This document shows positions 56,584 to 64,000 of a DNA stretch of 64,000 bases, piece after piece (the stretch's first letter is position 1; the number at the start of each line of letters is the position of its first letter). The position numbers and the translations under genes are program-made. This stretch comes from an uncultured delta proteobacterium. Lineage in GTDB: Bacteria; Myxococcota_A; Polyangia; Polyangiales; Polyangiaceae. The notes below the pieces were generated by a model that searched no databases, had not been told where the DNA came from, and worked only from the letters and a program-made list of their open reading frames with translations. The stretch covers positions 5,152,001 through 5,216,000 of the forward strand of contig CAWAIF010000003.1 of the NCBI GenBank assembly GCA_963782055.1. Reading direction: 5' to 3'.

Positions 56584-56798
56584 GCCAGCACCTCCCGCAG
56601 TGATCCCAGCGCGGTGTGATAGCGAGCCTGCTTGTTCTTCCCCCGCCCATAAGCGCCTTCCGCGACGTTGAGCGGCACGCTCGTCAACGCCCGCCGACAC
56701 TGCCGGGCAAGATCGGAGTCATGCCGCTCCAGCACCCGCACCAGCGGCCCAACCTCCCGCACCAGCTCCAGCACCACCGCATAGATTCGAAGGTTCAT
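56584..56798 (-). pseudogene. four-helix-bundle (23S rRNA IVP/bAvd-like) protein, 3'-truncated
   Basis: MNLRIY..DLARQCRRALTSVPLNVAEG..ARYHTALGSLREV, then cut off. Confidence 0.8.
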
Positions 56799-56999
56799 CG
56801 ACAGCTCCTTGCCCGCGCCCCGCGCACCTCGCACGGGGGCAGCCGCCCCAACCCGCCGCGCGCAGGAGCTGTCGAGGCTGCGAGCGCAGCGAGCACCGCC
56901 CGGAGCCACGCGCAGGGCGCGAAGCGCCCGAGCATGGCGAGGACGGCCCGGCCTCGACAGCTCCGAGCACGGCGGGACAATCCCCTCCCCCGAGCGAGC

Positions 57000-57102
57000 C
57001 CCCTCCCCCTTTCCCCTCCCCCTTTCCCCTCCCCCTTTCCCCTCCCCCTTTCCCCTCCCCCTTTCCCATTCCCCTTCCCCGTTCCCCTTTCCCATCTCCC
57101 CT
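57000..57102. repeat. 13-bp tandem repeat (CCCCTCCCCCTTT)x5 plus degenerate tail
   Basis: Directly visible; near-pure pyrimidine top strand. Confidence 0.95.
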
Positions 57103-57401
57103 ACCCATGGAGCGCCGGGACGCGCTGGTGATCGTAGAGCATCACCCGGATGTGCTCGCGTCGGCGGACTGCCTGGGTTGTGGAGCCGGGCCCGGAGGGC
57201 GGCGCAGGAGGCGGGCGTGTGGTGCACGAGGGGAGCCGAGGGCGATCGGGAAGGCGAAGACGGCGACCGGCAGGTGCTTCCTGGGGGCGGCGCGAGCCTG
57301 ACCCTGCACTTCCGCCCTCGTGCTCCACGGCTCGAGCGCAGCCCCATGGTGGCGGACCACCGGCATTGCTCAACGTCGGGTTTCGGACCGTGCGCCAGCG
57401 T

Positions 57402-57776
57402 TCAGGGTCCCGTCCAGTTGTGGCAGGAGGCGTTCACGCCGAGGTGAATGCACACGCCGTTGCCCGCGTCGTCCGTGCAGCAGGTGTGGAGCAGATCGCA
57501 CTCCGCCGCGTCACCGCAGTAGCAACTCACTCCGTCGAAGTACCCGTCGCAGCAGTACCCCTTCTGGCAGTCCCCTCCGTACACGCAGTCCTCGACGCTC
57601 TGGCAGCGGAGCCGGCCGGCGTCGTGACCAGCATCCGGCCCGTGCTCTTGGCCGGCGTCCGCCGCGCCGTCCATCCCGGCGTCGAGCGCGCCGCCCGGCT
57701 CGGTCCTGGTCCCGCAGTAGAGGAGCCCCACGCCGCACAGCGAGGTCAGGGCGACGGACGCGAACCAGCGTCTCAT
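57402..57776 (-). CDS. small Cys-rich lipoprotein
   Basis: Signal 'MRRWFASVALTSLCGVGLLYC' and a CC-rich C-terminus. Confidence 0.6.
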   Translation of the reverse strand: MRRWFASVALTSLCGVGLLYCGTRTEPGGALDAGMDGAADAGQEHGPDAGHDAGRLRCQSVEDCVYGGDCQKGYCCDGYFDGVSCYCGDAAECDLLHTCCTDDAGNGVCIHLGVNASCHNWTGP

Positions 57777-58192
57777 CACCCGGCGTCCCCTCCGCACAGA
57801 TCCGGATCGGCGAGGCACTCCGGGACGTAGTCGCCGTTGCGCGCGCAGCAACGCATCGGCGGGATGCAGTAGACGTCGCCGCAGACGCACCGGCCGTGAA
57901 GCTCGACGGCCGCGCAGCACCAGCCGGTCATGGTGTCGCACCACGCGTAGTCGTTCTTCCCGCAGTTCGGGCCGAGAGGGGCGCAGAGCTTGCCGCCCGG
58001 GGGTGGATACTCGCCCGGACGCGGCGGCGCCTCCGGCCGGTAGCTGGCATCCGGAAAGTTCGTGTACCACGGCGCGTCCGCGCCGGCGTCTTCCGCCGAG
58101 GCGCTTGCGTCGAGTGTTGCACCGGTCGGCGCCACTTCCCCGCCGCAGCCCGCTGCCAGAACCAGCAGCAGCACGCTGCCCAGCCTCACCAT
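57776..58192 (-). CDS. small Cys-rich lipoprotein
   Basis: LLLVLAAGC lipobox; TGATG coupling to the next gene. Confidence 0.65.
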   Translation of the reverse strand: MVRLGSVLLLVLAAGCGGEVAPTGATLDASASAEDAGADAPWYTNFPDASYRPEAPPRPGEYPPPGGKLCAPLGPNCGKNDYAWCDTMTGWCCAAVELHGRCVCGDVYCIPPMRCCARNGDYVPECLADPDLCGGDAG

Positions 58193-59907
58193 ACGACGCT
58201 CTCCAGATGCTGGTCGAACACCACGGGCACGTTGGCGGTCGTGCAGCCGAGGCGCGAATCCGTGTGCGTCGTGACGATCCACGGGTACGGGACGTTGTTC
58301 AGGACGTTCTGCGAACCGCCGGGGAAGCCGAGCGTCCCGTGAAAGACGCGCCCGGGGATGACCACCGAGCCGAAGTAGTCTCCCCAGTAACCATTCGCCG
58401 TCGTGCACGGCAAGTACGGGTCGGTCTCGAGGATGTCGAAAGGCCCCACGGGGCCGGAGGCGAGGCCGTCGTTGGAGAAGATCCCGTAGACGGCCAGGCG
58501 ACGATCGTCTGCCTGCGGTACTGTCCCGCTGAAGCCGTCACTCTGCTGCCCGTACCACGTCAGCACCACGCCCTCGCTGCTGCGGGACGCGGAGACGCTG
58601 GGCTGAAGCTGGTCGCCCGAGGGCACAAGGTTGTTCTGCTCGCTCACGAAGGGCGAGTAGAAGTCCCAGTGCCGCCACCCGAATGTCGTCCCGTCGGAGC
58701 CGACGCCGCAGATGCCCCCGTTGCCGAAGTGCGGGCAGTCATCGAGCTGCGCCGAACTCACCATCGTGTCGTCGTCGGGCCGATTGCGAAGCCCGGTGTA
58801 CGCGATGTAGAGGTGGTCCCCGTTCGTTCCCACGGCGAAGCTCATCGGGATCCCGTCGCGCCACGTTCCGTTCCCACCGTTCGGATTTGCCCGGTGCAAA
58901 GGGTGGATCTGAACGTTGTCCCGTTCGTAGACGAGGACCGAGCTCCACGGCGTGAAGCCGCCGGGATCGGCGAGGTTGATGCTGCGCGTGAGGCGAAGGA
59001 TCTTCAGATCGACGAGGTCGTCGCCGGAATTCATGATCGGCTTCAACACCATGTACGCGAGGAAGCCGGTGGTCGGCGAGGTGAGCCGGATGACGGGGTT
59101 CTGGAGCGAGCACCCCGCGCAGAGGCTCTCGTGGACGACCTCCTCCGAGAACCAGCCCGGCGGGAACGGCGCGATGAACGTGGACGCGACGAGCCGGATG
59201 CGGCTGAAGTTCTGATCCGCGACATTCGTCGCTGCGGTGTCTTGCACGAACGCCGCCACGGCCGTCTCCCCGATGGCGGAGATGGAGGGCTTGTCCATGG
59301 TGTCGGTGAGCGGCACCTTGTAGGCGACCGTGAAGGGCGTCCAGTCGATACCGTCCGCCGAGGTGGCCACGGCGAGCGCCAGCTCGGAGTATCTGAAGTC
59401 CTGGAAGCCAACGTGCTCTACCTTCTTCGTCCAGCCGATCATCGAGTAGAACGCGGTGGTCCCGTCGAAGGCGAGCCACGGATCGCTGTCGAGCCCCACG
59501 ATGCAGTTGCCGGACGACGCGCCGCAGCCCGTGTCCGGCGGCAGCGGACCGCGGCGAAGCCAGTGCAGACCCCCATCCGTCGAGTACGAGAGGCCCGCGG
59601 CGGTGGCGTTGTCCCGCAGGACCGTCGTGCTCCCGGACAAGAAGAAGGCGGAGAGGTCGTTGTACGCGGCGAGCGTCACGCCCTCGGGGAAGCGGACGGT
59701 GCCTGGTAAGAAGAGCATGCTGGGCTCGGAGGCCGGGTAGCCCTGCACCGTGCCCTGCGGGTCCGACGCGTTACTCTCCACCGCGCTGTTGGTGCAGGCG
59801 GAGGCCGTCGCCATGGCGACGATCGTCAGCGCTCCCAGACCTAGCGGAAGCTTCCCCCCCCCCCCCCAACTTCCCCACGTGACGAGCTGCACGACCCATC
59901 GGCTCAC
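58186..59907 (-). CDS. secreted BNR/Asp-box (sialidase-like) repeat lipoprotein with G14 tract near start
   Basis: 'YSTDGGLHW', 'TSADGIDW', 'SDPWLAFD', 'DKPSI' and 'YWGDYFG'. Start uncertain. Confidence 0.7.
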   Translation of the reverse strand: MSRWVVQLVTWGSWGGGGKLPLGLGALTIVAMATASACTNSAVESNASDPQGTVQGYPASEPSMLFLPGTVRFPEGVTLAAYNDLSAFFLSGSTTVLRDNATAAGLSYSTDGGLHWLRRGPLPPDTGCGASSGNCIVGLDSDPWLAFDGTTAFYSMIGWTKKVEHVGFQDFRYSELALAVATSADGIDWTPFTVAYKVPLTDTMDKPSISAIGETAVAAFVQDTAATNVADQNFSRIRLVASTFIAPFPPGWFSEEVVHESLCAGCSLQNPVIRLTSPTTGFLAYMVLKPIMNSGDDLVDLKILRLTRSINLADPGGFTPWSSVLVYERDNVQIHPLHRANPNGGNGTWRDGIPMSFAVGTNGDHLYIAYTGLRNRPDDDTMVSSAQLDDCPHFGNGGICGVGSDGTTFGWRHWDFYSPFVSEQNNLVPSGDQLQPSVSASRSSEGVVLTWYGQQSDGFSGTVPQADDRRLAVYGIFSNDGLASGPVGPFDILETDPYLPCTTANGYWGDYFGSVVIPGRVFHGTLGFPGGSQNVLNNVPYPWIVTTHTDSRLGCTTANVPVVFDQHLESVVW

Positions 59908-59937
59908 CCCCCCGCTGCCCGTGATGCTACCGCGTCC

Positions 59938-60554
59938 ATGCCCAAGGTCAACGCGTACGGCGAAGTCGCGAGCACTCACAAGTGCGCACATCGCGGTCCA
60001 CGTGTCGTTCCACGCCCGTCCCGCTTCGTACCCTTTGCGGCGATCGCGTCGGTGGCCGTCGACCCGTACGACGTCGTGGTCCAGCTCCACGACGGGAGCA
60101 CGATCGCGTGGCACCGGACGCGAGGGCAGCTCAAGGGCCTTCGCGAGCACTTCCGCGGCTTCGGCGCGCGGATCGAGCGAGGGCTCGCCGCGCACCGCGT
60201 CCAGGCCGCGGCGCAGGGCGTCGTCCAGCTTGCACGCGGCGCGCGCTGGGTGGAGGTGTGGGTGCGCGATCACCGCGTCGCCGGCGATCCCGGCCGCAGC
60301 ACCTAACCGGATCGCCGCGGTGCCGCCCGACGAGATCTGGAAGACCCTGGAGAGCGCGACCGGCGGCACCCACCGCGCGCGCCGGCGCGGCCGTCGCCCT
60401 GCAGCGCGGCCTCGACGGTCCAGGCCGGAAGCGCGTCCGCCACATTGCCGCGACCTGCGCGTCCGACGACCTGCGCCGCGTACTCATGGCGGCGGCGAGC
60501 GACGATCCCGAGCTCGAACGCCGCCTCCAGGCGCTCCACGACAGCGCCCGCTGA
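59938..60554 (+). pseudogene. frameshifted paralogue of the C-terminal domain of 28795-29955
   Basis: Frames switch near 60304 and 60361; '..RIAAVPPDEIWKTLES..ARAGAAVAL..RVRHIAATCASDDLRRVL'. Confidence 0.55.
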
Positions 60555-60650
60555 GTGGCGTCCCCTCAGTGCGCGCCGACCAGCCGCACCAGCGTGCCCA
60601 TCACGTGCCGGAACCGCCCGCGCAGCACCTCGTCCAGCTCCGGCATGTAG

Positions 60651-60701
60651 CGCATAGGAACTGCTAGCGCGGTCGGGCGCGAAAGTTTACGAAATCCATC
60701 T
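60651..60701 (+). repeat. dispersed bipartite repeat, arm A (copy 7, abutting the intron 3' end)
   Basis: CGCATAGGAACTGCTAGCGCGGTCGGGCGCGAAAGTTTACGAAATCCATCT. Confidence 0.92.
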
Positions 60702-61259
60702 ATCGGCATAGGGGCCCCGGGTTTCCCCGGGGACCCCTGCCACACCACCGGACAGGCGGGTCCGCATCCGGCGGTTCGGAGAGTTGAGGTCACGTGTCGA
60801 GCCGGGGAAGCCCCAGCTCGTCGAAGAGCTTGTTCGGCAGAGCCACGCTGAGGACGCGCATTCCCGAGGTTCGCCACCAGCGCGTCGTATTTGCTGCCGC
60901 GCGGCGAGCGTCGACGGGAGGGATCCCCCGTCGGCGCAGTTCTCGGAAGACGGTGACTCCTCGCACCCACTGCTTCAACTGCAGTGCGCGGAGTCGGTGC
61001 CGGATCCAAGAGTCCAGCTCGCGAAAGAGCGTGCGGAGCTCGACAAGCTGGAAGTAGTTCTTCCAGCCTGGCAAGTACCCTCGCAGATCTCGGCAGACCT
61101 GGGCCAGGCTCCGACCGCGCATGCGGCTCGTCATGTGCCGCACGCGGTCCTTCATCGTGTCGAGGGCCTTGCGCGCGATCGTGCAGCGGACCTCGTTCTT
61201 CGACGACAACCAAAAGGTGTAGCCGAGGAACTTCCGGTCTTGCACGGGTGCCACCGCGC

Positions 61260-62704
61260 CATGCCCGATCTCTTAAGCACCGATCGCCCCAAGTTTGAGG
61301 GCGATTCGTTTCCTGGAGCGTGAAGGTTGTCGTTCGCGTGCCAGAGCGACGAGTGCCGCGCCCACGGTGGTCACGACGGCAGTCCACGCGGCGGTGCTCA
61401 GGGAGACGAGGGCGTCGACCAGGTCCCGCGCGTAGGCGCGCACGACGTGCAACGTCGCCAGGGGGCGCAGTTGCTCGAGAGGGACGTCGCGCGCGAGTGC
61501 AGCCTGGATCCTGACCGAGCGCACGAGCGCGTGGGCGAGCATCGCGCCGTAGGTGAGCGCCTTGATCGCGTGGGGATCGGCGGTGAAGGAGCGGCCGAGG
61601 TCGGCGGTCTGCTTCAGCTCGCGAAAGAGCAGCTCGATCAGCCAGCGGAGTCGGTAGGTCTGGATGATCTGCCGTGGCGAGAGCACGCTGCGCGGCACGG
61701 TGGTCAGGTACCAGCGGATGACGGTCGACTTGTGCGCGAGTCCCACGAGCCGCAATGCGACGGTGTCCTTGCCCTTGCCCCACGTCACGTCGAGGTCGAA
61801 GATCGTCCCGCGCTTGCGCGACACGCTCTGCAGGTAGTAGCCAAGCGACCAGTTGTGGAGCGGGGTGTGGCCGTTCTCCGAGATGTGCGCGGTCACGCGT
61901 ACCTTCGCCGTGGTCTTGAGGCGCATCAGCACGTGCGCGCCGGCAGCCTTCGCCTGGGTGAACAGAGCGCGCTCGAAAAAGCCGAGGTCGAAGAGGTAGA
62001 GCACCCCGCGCGTGAAGCTCGGGACCAGCTTCCGCCACAGCGGCGTCTCCGACGCGGTCTCCGCGTCGGAGACGCCGTGCTCGAGCAGGCCGGTCTTGAT
62101 GCTGTAGCCCATCACCCACTTGGTGCCGGCCTTGCCCTTGGTGCATCCCGGCAGCAGCTCGCGCCCGCGCGGTGGCACGCGCTGCCCCGTACCGTCGTAG
62201 ACCCGCACGTCCTCGAAGCGGGCGAGCGGCCCGCTCAGCTCCAGGCCCGCCGCCTTCGTCACCGACGCCACGAGGTGCTCGAGCGCCGCGCGGAAGAACG
62301 CCGCCGCCGACTCCTGCTTGAACCGCTTCTGGAACGGGCACGGGCGCATGAAGCCGAAGCGCCTCACGAAGATCGCCCGCAGCGACTCGAACGACAGCGT
62401 CTGGCCCGCGAGGAACCCCTCGACGACCGTGAGCACCAGGCGGAACGCGGTGGCGCGCCGCTGCCGCGGGTTGTAGCCGGTGCGGCCCCGAAGCTCGTCG
62501 ATGACCGCCGGCGTGAAGGTCCGCTGCAGCTGCTCCTCCACCGCGCTCGCCTCTTCGCTCGGGTCTGGACGGCTGCTCGTGGCTCGGGTAGCTCTCGTCG
62601 TCATCGGGCGTCCTCTCCTTGTTGGTGTCGCAACCGAACAACGAGAAAGGCGCCCGATTTATTTCCATCATTCCGCCACGTTATGTCCAAAGGATCTGGC
62701 CATG
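61260..62704 (-). mobile_element. IS4-family insertion sequence inside the intron RT
   Basis: CATG-terminated imperfect IRs; 10-bp TSD GCCACCGCGC at 61250-61259 and 62705-62714. Confidence 0.9.
61273..62604 (-). CDS. IS4-family DDE transposase
   Basis: VYDGT, LFDLGF and YRLRWLIELLFRELKQ (YREK motif). Confidence 0.92.
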   Translation of the reverse strand: MTTRATRATSSRPDPSEEASAVEEQLQRTFTPAVIDELRGRTGYNPRQRRATAFRLVLTVVEGFLAGQTLSFESLRAIFVRRFGFMRPCPFQKRFKQESAAAFFRAALEHLVASVTKAAGLELSGPLARFEDVRVYDGTGQRVPPRGRELLPGCTKGKAGTKWVMGYSIKTGLLEHGVSDAETASETPLWRKLVPSFTRGVLYLFDLGFFERALFTQAKAAGAHVLMRLKTTAKVRVTAHISENGHTPLHNWSLGYYLQSVSRKRGTIFDLDVTWGKGKDTVALRLVGLAHKSTVIRWYLTTVPRSVLSPRQIIQTYRLRWLIELLFRELKQTADLGRSFTADPHAIKALTYGAMLAHALVRSVRIQAALARDVPLEQLRPLATLHVVRAYARDLVDALVSLSTAAWTAVVTTVGAALVALARERQPSRSRKRIALKLGAIGA

Positions 62705-64000
62705 GCCACCGCGCTCTTCGACTCGTTGATCTGGAGATGGAGCTTCGCGTAGAGACGCCGCAGCGCCTGCATGACCCGCTCGCCCGCTCGCCGTGACCGC
62801 ACGTAAACGTTGCTGTCATCGGCGTAGCGCACGAAGGCGTGTCCGCGCTTCTCCAGCTCCTTGTCGACTTCGTCGAGGAGCACGTTCGCAAGCATTGGCG
62901 AGAGAGGACCGCCCTGGGGCGTTCCCTCGTCGCGATCCATCACGACGCCGTTCGCCATGATGCCGGCGTTCAGGTAGCGACGGATGAGTCCCAGCACGCG
63001 CCGATCCTCGATTCGTTTGGCCAGTCTCCCCATGAGCACGTCGTGGTTGACGCGGTCGAAGAAAGCTTCGAGATCCACGTCGACCACCCATCGTCTTCCT
63101 TGCTGCACATACCGCTTCGCCTCGCGCACGGCGTCGTGCGCGCTGCGCCGCGGCCGGAAGCCGTGGCTGTGCTCCGAGAAGGTCGGATCGAATCGAGGCT
63201 GCAGGACCTGCAAGAGGGCCTGCTGGATGAGTCGGTCGAGCACCGTCGGGATGCCGAGCTGTCGCTCGCCGCCGCCGCTCTTCGGAATCACGTGCCGTCG
63301 CACCGGCTGCGGCTGGTACGTCCCCGCGAGCAGCTGCTCGCGGAGGGACGGCCAGTGCACGCGAAGGTGGTCCGGTAGCTCCTCCACCGTCATCCCGTCG
63401 ATGCCGGGACTGCCCTTGTTCCGCTTCACTCGCTTCAGCGCGGCCTGAAGGTTCTTGCGCGTGAGCGCCGCCTCCATCAGCCCGCTCGTTCCTGAGCGCT
63501 CGGTTCCATGGGTCGCCGAATCCGCTTCCACGCGTCGGTCGTCGCTCGGGGCTTCACCATCCGCGGCGGTCGGCGTCTCGCTCTTGGACTTCTGTGGCTG
63601 CGCGTTCTCGAGATCCATGGGCGTTTCGCCCTCCTCTCCGTTTGGCCCTTCGCAGCGATAGAGACTTCCGGGGTTCGGGGGGGGTCCCTGCCCGGCTCCT
63701 TCGCCGCTACTACGGCCTCTGCTGACTTCTCGCTCCGTCCGACGTTGTCGCCGGCCGTCGCCCTTTCAGGCGCGAGGCGAGATCTCCCCAGGTAAGAGCA
63801 TCAACCTTCACCGCACGACCGCCGGATATACGCCGCCGAGCTTCGGTCACGAGAGCTTCGCGGGTTCCAGTCCGCTCGCCCTGCTCGGCCACGCCTCCGA
63901 TCCGATTTCTGTACGTCGGCCCGCGGCTTCGCTCCCCACTTCCTCCAGACGGTCCCTCACGGTTCCGCCCTTGTGGTTCGCTTCTGTCATTGTGACCAAT

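Larger units (their letters stand above)
60790..63618 (-). pseudogene. ltrA: group II intron reverse transcriptase/maturase interrupted by IS4
   Basis: PGIDG, RQLGIPTVLDR, GTPQGGPLSP and RYADD. Removing the IS and one TSD restores ...KSAVAPVQDRKFLGY (457 aa). No endonuclease domain. Confidence 0.92.
60702..64000 (-). mobile_element. group II intron, class C (IIC); 5' end beyond window
   Basis: Domain V/VI on the minus strand: GAACCGCCGGATGCGGACCCGCCTGTCCGGTGGTGTGGCAGGGG...CCTATGCCGAT (CGC triad, AY end). RT ORF lies upstream. Confidence 0.92.

Noticed and set aside
24837..60701. Dispersed repeat as a CRISPR array
   Set aside because: Copies are kilobases apart and of variable extent, with no regular spacers and no cas genes.
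56584..63618. Diversity-generating retroelement (Avd-like gene plus RT)
   Set aside because: The RT has group II intron motifs with domains V/VI, no TR/VR pair with adenine-specific mismatches was seen, and the four-helix-bundle gene is truncated.

Overview
High-GC DNA that looks myxobacterial (Polyangiales-like; inferred from gene content). Bases 1-21 kb are fairly stable. They hold a heavy-metal CzcCBA/CusCBA-type RND efflux operon behind a His/Cys-rich leader ORF ending APKIGPP, a split ether-lipid (elb-like) cluster, lipoproteins, and an orphan signal-peptide-bearing tail-tube-like gene. The elb-like genes are a multidomain ElbD with an extra SCP2-like tail, a LarA/DUF2088 ElbC and a frameshifted HAD ElbB. 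Bases 21-64 kb are a plastic region of lipoproteins, immunity-like ORFs, gene fragments and nested mobile elements: an IS1380, an IS3, an IS21-like end, an IS91 remnant, a tyrosine recombinase + IS91-transposase element, and a class C group II intron whose RT is interrupted by an IS4. The most notable unannotated signal is a dispersed ~100-bp bipartite repeat seen as nine segments at eight loci. Arm A is CGCATAGGAAATGCTAGCGCGGTCGGGCGCGAAAGTTTGCGAAATCC, the core is ATCTT, and arm B is ATGCGAAATGGGGCCGTCCGGTCTCACTGGAAGGACGGACCAGGGTG. Copies break at or near the central CTT. The recombinase/IS91 element is inserted there like an integron cassette (C|TT instead of G|TT), and the group II intron abuts another copy at the same position. 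This may be an undescribed recombination-site or landing-pad system. All product calls come from motif recognition only; no database searches were run.
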